Origin: Marsupella aquatica
Lineage: Eukaryota > Plantae > Marchantiophyta
DNA length: 64,000 bases
Direction of reading: 5' to 3'
Assembly: GCA_973895155.1 (NCBI GenBank)
Contig: OZ316897.1
Location: 23,349,455-23,413,454 of the forward strand
Each line of letters starts with the position of its first letter. Position 1 is the stretch's first letter. Below, piece after piece: positions 1 through 11,870 of this stretch. Made by a program: the position numbers and the translations under genes. Under the pieces are notes generated by a model. It did no database searches. It had not been told where the DNA came from and was given only the letters and a program-made list of their open reading frames with translations.

Positions 1-1
1 T

Positions 2-1285
2 ATGGAGGATGCATCAAACACTCTAAGGCAAGGGGACGAGGTTGAAATGCTCATTGATGGGTGTTGTGTAGCCCTTGGAGTTATTTTCAAGGTAAATCCA
101 AAGGACCGATGTCACAACATATTACTTGGTGAGTCTCGGATCAGTGTGAAAATCACTGATGTTATTCATGGTAGTAAGGCTTTACCTTACATACACAATG
201 GGGCTGAAACAATTGAAGAGACAAAAGACTCATGGGTTCTCTGGGACTTGGCCGATGTTCATAAAAAAGGTTGGAATGTTGATGAAGGTAGAAAGTCTTC
301 CTCTAAGAAGCAAGGTGATGGCGACGTTTTAATTGAGGAGAGTTTTGTCTCACATTCTCCATCAACAAAATCGACCAAAACTCATTCTGATTATTACCAA
401 CGGTCCAATTGGATGTCAGAGTTGGTCGAATTATACATTGGTTCAGGACGATCGAGTAAGGTTGCCACTGGGACTATCACTGTGCCTCAAGCAACGGCGG
501 CTGTTGATGATGAAATCCTGGGAGAAGACTATGTAGGGGTTGTTGTGAAAGATGTCATGGAATCGCAATACTTTCCAAGCATTCACAAGGGAGTAATTAG
601 TTTGGTTCGATGGCGAATTGATCACACAAAACTAGTAGCAACTGGAAAAATTTTGTCAGACATTCTGGTAGAAGGTACAGAGAATATGGAGTCAATGGAT
701 AGGGATGATCTGAATCCGGATCATGTGGTTGGATCCGCATCCGGATGTCGTCAAAGGCCATATAACTTCAACAAGAGGAATCAAGTTGATCCTGTTGAGA
801 AGAAAAGGAGGCTCTTGCAAACCAAGGCAGTTTCAAAAACAACAGAAGCCGCAATTGATGAGATCAAAAGAGTAAATTGCTGCAAGCATAAATGTTGTCT
901 CATTATGCCAAGGGAAGATATAGAAGATGTTAGGATGGAATTTCACGGGATGTCTAGCGAGTCCAAAACATCACACATTTTCAACCTCTTCCACTACAGA
1001 GAGGATGATGTTCGTGATAAGGGACACCATGTTCTCAAAGGTATGGTCATCTGTAAAGATGCATTTGCAACCATCCATGGTTTTAGTCACACCAAGTATT
1101 ATGATTACAAGAGAAGATACATGGAGGGTTGCAAAATTGGGTTCCATGGGAACACAGGCTTGAAGAAAACAAGGTCAAATACCTTGCATGCGCGAGCTCT
1201 TCTAGAGGCATTTCTGACTCAAAATGCAGAGCCAATGCCTCATATGCCTTATGGAGGGGCCCATGGGACAGACAGCATTGAGTAT
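2..1285 (+). pseudogene. Sola-like (DUF7869-type) DDD/E transposase 1, 5' segment; interrupted by LTR insertions
   Basis: ORF 2..1390 is transposase-like only up to the TSD AGTAT (1281-1285). It has two TNP1/En-Spm-like beta-rich repeats, plus CCKHKCC and ICKDAFATIHG Cys motifs. It joins in frame to 3698 (DSIEY|RLPACYKK) once the solo LTR is removed. The true start may lie upstream of the window. Confidence 0.75.
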
Positions 1286-3692
1286 TGTCACGCGATTGAC
1301 ATGGGTCTTAACACCAAAGACGTCACTATGGGTGCCAAAACCATCTCCTTGTACCTGAGGATCACGAAGGGATGCTGTGAAGGCAGGTAAACACCAATTT
1401 ATGCCCTTAACACCAGAATATCATAACAAGACTCCGTCACACATCACCCAAGCTCAATCCCTAAGAACCAAGGTTGGGAATCAGATCCGCGCTCATGATA
1501 GTTCTGGTGAGAAGGAGTCTTCATATCGGGCCCGTACACACAGGGCCTAGCGCTACGATGCGCATAGGTCTATACGTATGCTTACTGTCATAGGTATGTT
1601 TCTATTCCGCCGCCGGAATGTACCCATAAACCAGTGACTCTTGACTGATTCCCGGCTTAGGGACTTCTAAGCCATTGCCCCACCACTCTGCCATTCCACT
1701 CTCAGCAATCAGAGCTATGACAGTCCTCACCCAGCCCGCTTCAATGCACCCTGTACACCTCTCAGTGGCGCTGCTAGTCCCATCATACACTTAGATTGCC
1801 TCACACACACACACATCCATGAGAGAAATGAGGCTTGAGAGGAAAACTCAATTAGATTCAACAATGTGCACAATAGTTCACTGAGAACACTTGATCCGAA
1901 CAATAGGCCCGAAGGCTGTCTACTCCAGATTGCAGTGTGCTTGCCCCGCAAGCCCCATGCTTGCCATGCAAGCTCAATCCTGAACCTGAGCCCGACTCAC
2001 TCCAGATTGCGACGGCATATTGGACTCAAACCAATCCCGTACTTGCCTTGCAAACTCAATCCTGAACTCAACCTCCTTCACTGCACTTCATTCTTGGGGG
2101 CACATACAGATCTCACACCTCCAATTCAGAACGTCAAGTTACACATACATAGTTGACTCGACTTCAAAGCTGGTACCAGGCCTAACGGCGATCTACCCCA
2201 GACTGCAATGAGGCCCGGCCTCACGCTTGCCCTGCAAGCTCCGCTCTGGCCATAGATCCCTTAGTGCTCTCCACCAGACAAAGGCCGGGACTCCCCATGG
2301 ATCACGTAGCCTTGCCAGACTGAACTGTAAATGCTCCTCCTGCTGCCCCTCAATCAGTGTCTCAGCCTCCCTAATGTGCTCACCACAAATCAAATTGACA
2401 TCCTCCCCACAGTTTACAATCACCAATACATCACCTATCACCAAGGCTCTGTATCGGGGGAAAAGAACCCAGTTGTGCTACTCACTAGAAAGAGCCACAA
2501 TCCAACTCGCAAACCTAGCAACCCGTTGCTGTGAAGCTTGGCTGATTACTCCCTGAGTAATAGCACAACCAAGCTCTCCCCCAACACGCAGCGTCCAAGT
2601 CCAGCCTTGCTTGCACAGAGCTCCTCCCTGCTGCTCAGTCTAAGTGAGATCACACAACTGAAGTCCCCCCCCCCCATCTCTACCGGGGGGCTGCTCTATA
2701 TACTCTCATACTGAGCCCAAATGGCTGGGTACTACGCTGCTGGAGCCCCATCCCAGCCCTAACAGAGCCGCCACTATCTCTAACTACTGAACCCTAACTC
2801 GCAGCTTTATTTCTATCTCGAATTGGCTATGTACTTCGGATTTGGCCCTCCTCCATGGTTTTCGCGAGCTTACGCCTCCTCTCCCGATTTCTGTATTCAA
2901 CCATTTGCTGCGTGGATAGCAGCGTTGGAAGCGGCTTGAGCTCCTCTTTCCAACGAGGTCAATTATAGCCGATTTGGTCAAATACACAGAGAGTTATGCC
3001 CCCGCAACCGAGAGGGGGTACTCACTGCTGCGCTAACCCGAGTTACATAGCTAACCCGAGTTCGGCTAACCTAGCTATCCTATCTAACCCGAGTAGAGCT
3101 AACCCGTGGTCTCGGGTTAGGCCGCTACCCGCTATCCGCTAACCTAGCCTAAGCTGAGCCCGAACCCGAGCTTACCTATGCTAACCTGAGCCCGAGTTTA
3201 GGCTAACCCGAGTTCAATCTAATCCGAACCTAGGTTAAGCCTAAGCTGAAGCTGTGCTGACCTAAGCTAAGCTGAAGCCGTGCTCACCTGAGCTAAGCTG
3301 AAGCCGTGCTCACATAAGCTAAGCCGTGGTCGAGCTTGGGTTAACCCGAAACTTAAGCCGAATCCGCTAATTCCGGCCATAAGTTAACCCGTCACACTAA
3401 TCAGGCCGTATCTCTCTTAATACACCTCCGTTTCCCGAGTGTTTTATATCGATTTTACTCGCCTTGACCAGATCTTTCCAATGCTCTTTACAGATCCGGA
3501 TTTGGTGACATATTGAAAGAGATATGGTCGTCGACCACCCGCGACATAGTTTTTATTTCCCTACTCTTAACGCCATGATTGCCCTTATTCTTGCCATCTT
3601 GCTAATTGTTATGTAATATCAATAGCTACTCCTTGCATACAGCAACCTACTTAATCAGATTACAAAATAAGGACCATGTCATTGGCGTCACA
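1286..3692 (-). mobile_element. Solo LTR, family C (Ty3/gypsy-related), 2407 bp
   Basis: TG...CA termini (TGTCACGC / GCGTCACA) flanked by perfect TSD AGTAT (1281-1285, 3693-3697). Removal restores the host reading frame. The minus-strand start TGTGACGCC resembles family A/B LTR starts, which gives the orientation. Confidence 0.9.
3030..3395. repeat. Degenerate short tandem repeats inside family C LTR (GCTAACCCGAG and CTAAGCTGAAGCCGTG units)
   Basis: Repeated TAACCCGAG motifs at about 3030-3215, then about 25-bp CTAAGCTAAGCTGAAGCCGTGCTCAC units at about 3240-3330. Confidence 0.75.
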
Positions 3693-3697
3693 AGTAT

Positions 3698-4042
3698 CGA
3701 CTTCCAGCGTGTTACAAAAAGTTAGAGATTTTGGAAGATGTGAGAACAAAGATGAAGGAAGAAGGGCTTCCTCCTGTTACGGATAACACTCTCTACAAGA
3801 TATGGAGCACATCATTTGCAAACTTCAGTTTTCACAAGGATGGCGCATTTGCCAAGTGTACGCTTTGTTGTGAATACAAAGACAGTTTGATGCGAGAGAG
3901 AAGGAAAAAAGAACGTGCTGAAATTAAAGAAAAAAGAGCTCAACATCTTCGTGAGCAAATGTCACGTAGATATGTTTACTACGCTCATCGAGTGATGGCC
4001 AAGCAACATCCAGGAGAATATCTTTGCATTATTCATGACAAG
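3698..4042 (+). pseudogene. Sola-like transposase 1, middle segment
   Basis: In frame with both neighbours. FAKCTLCCEY motif; ends CIIHDK at TSD ACAAG and continues as MDQAK at 19599. Confidence 0.8.
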
Positions 4043-7000
4043 TGTGGTGCGTCCCATGGCTCCCTAAACCCAAGAAACCCCCCAGCTCAAGCCGATTCCC
4101 GCAGGTTTCGTGCTTGGCGAGGCCGTTTCCACGGCTTAGCGGCATGGGACGCTGCTAACCTTCTACTACTACTATTAACATTTTACACACATATACTGGA
4201 CAGATCCTTCATCGGGTCATGAGATACGTAGCCGGCCTAATATAGGCCTTCCCCTGTCTTCCCCTGTCTTCCCCTCCGTCTTGTTAGGTATGTTTGGATT
4301 CCGCCACCGGAATGATCCCCAATAGGCTTGGTTAAGCCGCTAAGACCTCTCTCAGCTCGACACATCCAACTCTCACTCCCCTGCTTACTTTCCTTCCTTC
4401 TGTTGATGTGGGCACTCTTCACACAAGTTAATGCGACACACAAATAGCAAAATGACTCATTCTGACTGAGTCATACCATGCACTTGCCATACAAACAGTA
4501 CATCTCATACACAAGTTCTGCGAACTAAGCCGTGAGGCCAACTCTATTAAGCTCTTAGGCATGAGGAAACATGAATATACACAAGGGTCACTGTATGACT
4601 AACCGAGAGCTTCTCGTACTACTTGATCCCAGCCCGGCTGGTGCAAACTAAAAACTTGCTAAAGAAGAGGCCCTGAGCTCCCCGCTGCCCAGGTACTTAT
4701 CCTGGTAGTGGATCCGCCATTCTTTGCATCGTAAGCCTAATCTACTTAACAGTAATCTACTTGCCCGAATCTACCTATGTACAGCAAGGCAGGAGCACAA
4801 GTGTTGCTCCTACCAGTGGGACCGCAATCCCACTAAGCTAAGTGTCAGGGCCGCTCCTGGTTCTGATCCTAATCCTAAACGTGGAGATCCGCGCCCGCCC
4901 TGCCCACTCACGCCTCCTCCCTCCACGTCCGCCCTCCCTAAAAGGAACGGCGACCTTGCACCGTCACGACACCGGTGGTGGATCCTTAATGGACGCCCCC
5001 AACGCTTCCTCCTCAGCCACTGCCGTAGGCTCATTCCTTGACAGATCACCTGCCCTTGACTGAGTCAACTCTCCATCGGCCTGACTGGGTCCACCATCGG
5101 CGTCGGCATCGGCTCGAGAATCGGTTACGGCCTCAGCCTCGGCTACGGTCTCCCCGGCCTGCTCAAGAGGCGGATCTGGAATACTGGCCTCCTTACTGAG
5201 TAGTTCGGCTTGGGCCGCACCATCCCTACCTGTGATCATAGCGGGATCTATTGCCGTATTCATGTCGGAGGATGGTGCTGGTTCTACCTCTTTGGTCACC
5301 ACAGCTTGTGGAGTCGGATTACTCCTTGACCCTGAAGGTTTCCGCTTTTTCTTCTTTTCTGGTTCGGCAGCTGGTCCCTTCCCCTTCCCACTTACCTCCG
5401 GCACTGGTGCAGTTGGCGCGGCTTTTTCTTCGGCCAGTACCACTCCCGGTAACTTGGTTGCCCCAATTGGAGTTGGGCCTGATGAAGACAAGCACCTAAA
5501 TACTGCGGCTTGTTTCTTCAGCCGCTCCGTTTGGTTGTCGGCCCGCCACTGGAGGTTCTCCATCTTCCTCGTGATTTCCTCCAACTCCTCCTGGGTCTCA
5601 TCCAGGTCCTTGCGTGCCTCCTCTAGTTCCTTCTGGGCTTCCTCCCGTTCTTGTTTCAAGGTAGTCCTCTCCTCCTGGGTTGCTTTTAGCTCCTTGTCGA
5701 GCTCTGCAATGATGACAGACTCCATCTGGTTCATCTTGGCGTAAGTCTGTTCGAGCATCTCGTCCTTCTCCCTTAGGTCGGCCTTGAAGCTGGCCGTTAG
5801 GGATGCAAGCTCCTGCTGCAGCGCCATAATCCCTTGATAGGATTTCCCTAACTCGGCCTCCTTCTGCTCAAGGGCTCCGCGGATTTTCTCGAGCTCCCCT
5901 TTCAACGCCCATTCCTTTCTTTGGGTCTCCGCCATGGCCCGGCTGTTGGCTGTTATATGGGCCTCTCTGTATTCTTCAGCTCTTGCTTCCACTTCTCCCT
6001 CTCTTTGATCGTGTCGGCCAACTCTTCCTGCGTCTGAGTCAGTTTATCCTTGATATTCTGATTATCAGCCTGCGCGGTGTCCAACTGCCCCTGCATGATG
6101 TTCAGCTCATGTCGTTTAATCCGCAGTTCATCTTGGGCTTTCTTGGCCGCCCCTAGATCTTCAATCTCGGCTTCCATCCTCCTAAGCCGCCGAATGACCT
6201 CGTCCTTCTTGCTTCTCTCTAAAGCCACCGCTTCTTCTAATTGGTGCTTCTCCAACTGCTCCCTATGGAAAAAGGGTCCTACCTCCAACTCCTCTCCAAA
6301 GATGCCGAGCGCAAGTTCCCCACACATCTCACCATACTCCATGGCTCTATTCTTAGCGTAGGTGGAGTAAGTAGAAGTGATCGGCATCGCCCATCGCGGC
6401 CTCTGCTCCCAAGCCGTCCTGCGGATCTCTTCAATCGTGGCTAGAGGTTTGCTTCCTTTTTTGGCTAGCCGCCTGATGTCCTCCGGCCAATCTCCTCCTG
6501 GTAAATCCTTTTCCTTAGCCAGGGCGGCCTCCTCCTCCTGCTTGATTCGCTCCTGAAATTCCTGCACCGTCTGTTTTATGCCGTCAAAGCTCGGGGGAGC
6601 AACATCTGGTGGGGGAGACTCAGGGCTACTCTGCTGGTTGGGGTCCCCTCGCACTACCCTTGGAAGTGTGGGGACAAACCGGCCACAGGTCCTTACTCCT
6701 GGAACGTGATGGTCCGACCCATAGCCGGAATTATCATGGCTGCAGTCCTCCACTGCCTCCTCTACCTCTTGGACGTCCGGCTTCTCCCTCTCCTCTTCGT
6801 CGGTAGGAGCTTCAGGCAATTCTGCCTCAGATTCGGAGCTTGAGGTTCCCACGTACATTCGAACACCTGGCTTGGATTCCGGCCTGATTCTCTCCTTGTC
6901 TCCAGCAAAGGGGTTTTCTCTTGTGAGCCGGTGTAGGCCTACCTCTGTAGTAGTGTCCTGCATTGTTGCCGTTGCCGTTGTTGTTGCCGATGCCGATTTC

Positions 7001-8710
7001 TTTTCTTTCTCCAGTAGTTTCAGCAGACTCTGCATGCCTGGTTGCTGCATCGGCAAGTCTTCCTTCCTGGGCCTAAACACCTGCTCGATCGTAGGACTAA
7101 CAGGTGGTTGAGGCTTCTCAGCCAACGGCCTCGGCGTTGGAGCTTCCTCGGGTGCCCTTACCTGCAGGGGAAGTACCGGGGCAAAAGTCTGACCTCTGGC
7201 ATACCGGCACAACAGCGGCATGTGATAGCCCAGCCGCGACACGCTCCCCATGCCGATTACCTGCTGCTCCTCCTTTAAGATCTTCTTCAATTGGTTGAGG
7301 AGGTACCCGTTGTAGTCCCGGCTTGGGTCTGGCCTTTCTGCCAGATAGACCTGTGCCTTGCCGATCTCTGCCCTCGGCAAGTTACAATGCATGGTCACCC
7401 GCAAGAAGTCGATCATCTCTTCTATGTGCGGGTTGGTGCAGGTGTTCCGGAAGAAGCCATTCTTCGTTGATGGCCCGGGGAACGACCGGAACTCCTTGTC
7501 AGGCAAGGTCTTCCTGGTATCAACTTTGGTCTTATTGCCTATCGGCAGGCCAAACACTTCGGCAATTACCTTGGGAGTAAGATAGAAATCCTTCCCATAT
7601 ATCCTCGTGCAATTGGTCTCGGGTTCCCATGACCCCACGAATTCTAATAGGTCTGACTCCGGTACCTCCGGCTTCAGCCATGGTAATCTTACAAAGGCCT
7701 CCAAGCCGGATCCGGCCATGAAGCCTTGGTACTTCTTGGTCTGCATGGCCGTAAAGCATGCATCCTCCTCCCGTGCAAAATGTAGTTGCACCTCCACCGG
7801 TAGGATTGCCGCCCAGCCCTTCCAGGTGTCATCCCTGGTTGGAATGGCCTTGATGGGATTGACCTCCTCCTCTTCGGCTTCTCCCTGCCTCCTGTTCTGC
7901 TGCTCGGCTGGCTTCTTTGGTGCCGCCGACCTCGTTCTTTTTGCCGGGGTGGCTTCATCGTTGACGGCTCCCTTCCTCTTCATCTCTGCTGCCGTGGAGG
8001 TTTCTCCTAGCACCGTTGCCTGGGTCCACCTTTCCGTGCTACCCTTTAATTCCCAGTGTATGTCGTTGCAGTTCTTGATGGCCTCTCGGATGCCGACGAC
8101 GCTGTCTTTGCAAAACAGAAGATCGTCGAGTTGATTGGAAGTAGGCGTCCACAGGAACTCGTCCTTGATGAGTTCGCCTCCTAAGAAAGCCGTCTTCTGC
8201 AGCTCCCACAATCGAGCGAGCTCCTGCCATTCTCGAGCTGCCCTTTCTGATTCCTCGTCCTCGTAAGTCTTGATGTACTCAGTTGCCCGTTCGAACAGGC
8301 ATCCCCAGAAATGTGCCGCTTGATTGACGTTGCTCATACCCTCCTTAGGTTGATCGTCGGTATCTACTCTCTCCCCGAGTGCTTGCCTAAGCAGCTGACA
8401 GTAGTTGGCCTCCCGTAGTCGTCTGCCTAGTTCGTGCTCGCAAATGAGCCACCATCTCCTGCAAGCACTCCTTACCCCTCTCCTGTGCCTGTCCTTCTTC
8501 CCGTTGATCCTTCCTAGCCGCCGACGCTTAACGCGCCCTAACCCTAATCGGGTTTTCACCCTCAGCCTTACCTCCGGCCTCTGCCCGGGTTCCATGGTTG
8601 CCCCTAATTGTTTATATTTTCCTTGTTTTGTCCCTATACTAAGGTGTTCCTAGGGTGCCTTCCTGCTTTACCCACTTAACCGGCCGAGTGATTCCTGTCT
8701 AGGCATCACA
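4043..8710 (-). repeat. A1 3' LTR (4668 bp)
   Basis: Direct repeat of 14934-19593. Begins TGTGATGCC immediately after the PPT and ends CACCACA on the minus strand. Confidence 0.95.
4964..8595 (-). pseudogene. LTR-encoded ~1,200-aa ORF (A1 3' LTR), one frameshift
   Basis: ORFs 5953..8595 and 4964..5992 are joined by a 1-bp deletion near 5965 relative to the other LTR copies. Confidence 0.85.
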
Positions 8711-8723
8711 TAGCTCCCCACTT
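8711..8723 (-). other. Polypurine tract of A1 (AAGTGGGGAGCTA)
   Basis: Abuts the TG of the 3' LTR; same motif at 32616-32628 (A2) and 46492-46504 (B2). Confidence 0.85.
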
Positions 8724-11700
8724 AATTGTGAAGCGTCCTCGCGAACAACTTCATCTTCGTCCATATAGTATTTCTTGAGGCGGTCATAATGGATGCGAAC
8801 TAGATATACCTCTCCCGTAATGTTGGCCAATTGTACGGAGCCATTGGGGAACATCATGGTTACTCTAAAGGGTCCTAACCAGCGAGTGTAAAGCTTTCCT
8901 GGAAACCTACTATACCTACTGTCATAAAGTAGCACAAGATCACCGGTATGAATACTAACTACTTTTAACCTTTTATCATACTGCTGCTTCATGATATTCT
9001 GTCTATATTCTACTCTCTCGGCTGAAATCATTCTCGCTTCCTCTAAAGCTTCTAACCTATATTCTCGCTCCTTTAGGCTCTCCTCCGCTGAGGCTCTTTC
9101 CTCAATTGTAACTTGAAATGTCGGTATCTCAAGTTGCATGGGTACCAGGGCTTCTTGTCCAAAGGTTAAGAAGAAGGGTGTATGACCGGTAGTGGATTTA
9201 TAGGCAAGATTGTAAGCAAAAACAACAGCAAACAATTTATCATCCCAATCGAGTTTGTTCTGAGCTACTGTCTTGTTCAATATCTTCCCTATAATTCCGT
9301 TTGCTCGTTCTGTCAACCCGTTTGCCTTTGGATGGTAGGGAGTAGTAGGCCTATGTTTAACTAAATACTGCTCATTTAAACGACTAATTATATCATTCAA
9401 AAAATGGGTTCCTCTATCACTAACTAATTCTAGGGGTGCTCCATACCTGGTGAAGATCTGCTCATACATGAATCTAGCCGTAGTAATTGCATCATCCTTC
9501 GTTGTTGGTCTGGCCTCTACCCATTTAGTTGCATAATCCGTAGCCAGGATTATGTACTTGTTCCATCGAGGGTGGGTCAGTGGTTTCAGAGGTCCAATGT
9601 AATCAATACCCCACTTCTCGAATGGTGCCAGAGGTAGAATAGGGTGCAGTGGATGCCTGGTGGACGCCCTTGGTCCTCCCGCTCGTTGACAAGGATCGCA
9701 TTGTTTGATAAACTGATAGACATCTTTGTGCAAGGTGGGCCACCAGTAACCGGCATTTAATATCTTCTTAGACGTGGTTACTGGGGAAAAATGTCCTCCG
9801 GCCTCCTCTCCATGCATGGCCCGTAGGACTCGTTTTACCTCTCTCTTTTCCAAACATCTTTGAATCGTGCCGTTGATTCCATGCTTGTGCAGTATGCCTT
9901 TAATGCACTGATACTGTCTGACCTTCCGCACAAAGACTGCGGCTTGCTCTCGGCTTAATCCTGGCTGTAATCTGGAAGTGCTGAGAAATTGTAAAATCTC
10001 AGGGTACCATGTACCAGCTATTTCCACAACGAATAGCTCGTCGTCGGGGAATCGATCATCGATGCAATCCGTGGCAGGTTTACCTGTGATCCTTGAAAAG
10101 AAGTCGGCATTGGCATGTAACTTTCCCGGCTTGATCCTCAGCTCATAGTCAAACTCCTGTAATAGCAAAATCCATCTTGCTACTCTGCCTGTAAGGTCCG
10201 GTTTATTGACTAGGTACTTCAAACTTTCATGATCAGTATGAAAGATTACCTTGTACCCTAGTAAATAATGCCTAAACTTTTTACAAGAATAAATGACTCC
10301 TAATGCTTCTCTTTCCGTGGTAGAGTAGTTCTGTTCGGCATCGGCAAGCTGACGGCTTGCGAAGTATATGGGATGGTCCCTTCCTTTCTCATCCAACTGA
10401 CTTAGTACTGAGCCAATACAGAAGCCCGAGACATCTACAAAAACATGAAAATCTTTGTTCCAGTCCGGTGCTATCATGACTGGGGCCTCTACTAACATCT
10501 GCTTCAATTCTACCACCGCTGTGACTCGTTCGGGTGTGGGTTCGAAGTCTGCTCCTGCCTTGAGCATATTGGTTAATGGTAAAGCTAGCTTGGCAAAATC
10601 CTTGATGAACCGGCGATAGTAACCAATGCATCCCAAGAAGGATCTTACATCCTTTATGTTCTTAGGTTGCATGATATCTAGCCATACTGCTAGCTTACCT
10701 TTGTCAATCTCAATGCCCTTCCTTGATACCTTGTGACCTAGTAGCACCCCCTCGGTTACTGCAAAAAAACATTTATCTGGGTGTAACTTGAGACCCACCT
10801 CTCTACATCTCATGAAGGTTTTCCTGAGGTATTTAGCATGTTTCGATGCCTTCCCGAATACTGCAAAGTCATCAATGAAGATTTCCATGAACTTTCTCAA
10901 GTAATCATGAAAAATGTTCACCATTAATCGTTGGAACATAGCTGGTGCGTTGCAGAGTCCAAACGGCATACGATTGAAGACATAGATCCCCCATTCCGTG
11001 ATGAAGACCGTCTTGATTTGGTCTTCCTGCCGAATCCTGATTTGGTTATAACCAGAGTATCCATCCATGAATGAATATAGTTCATGACTGGCTACCATGT
11101 CTAGTACCATATCAGTAAACGGTAAAGGAAAATGGTCTTTTAATGTTGCTTCATTCAGCTTCCTGTAATCCTGACAAACCCGGATCTTGGGTTTACCATC
11201 GGGTCCAGCTTTCTTGGGAACTATCACAATTGGAGACACCCAGTCTGAATGCAGGACTGGAGTGATGAATCCAGCTTCCACTAGTTTGTCGATTTCTGTT
11301 TTGACCAGCAGGGAATACTTCGGGTTCATCCTTCGAATTGGTTGTCGAAATGATTTGGCTCCTAACATGAGATCAATTCGATGTTCCCCTAGTGTTGGAT
11401 CTACTCCCTTTAGATCTTGGTGACTCCATGCAAACACATCCTGAAATTCAATCAATAAGTCACTGATCTCTTTCTCGAGCTCAGGTGCTAGGTTTCTCCC
11501 TAAGTTCAGTTCTCTTCCCTCTCCTAAGTCGAGCTTCCGATATTGCCGTGCTTGGATCATATTAATCTGCTTCTTCAAATTCGGGTCCAGTTCGGCTTCT
11601 AGTCTCTCTAATCTCATACCTCCATAACTGGGATCTCGGCTGGACTAGCCGAGTCAGTCCCTTCCTTGGTGTCCATAGATTGTCCCCTTACCGGTCTATT

Positions 11701-11870
11701 CGGTTTTGAATTAGTGGTCGGCTCCCCTTCCTGCCTTGGCTCTGGATCGTGTCTGTCCATCTCATCCACCTCTTGCTCCTGAGAGTTAGGCCGCTGTGCT
11801 CTCTCGGCTTCTAATAGGGCCTCAATTTGTTTTGCCCTCGTAATCGGCTTGTATGCCGATCCCTTGGTAT

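Noticed and set aside
5232-8653. Many 60-180 aa antisense/alternate-frame ORFs repeated in every LTR
   Set aside because: Shadows of the long GC-rich ORF; recurrence only reflects LTR identity.
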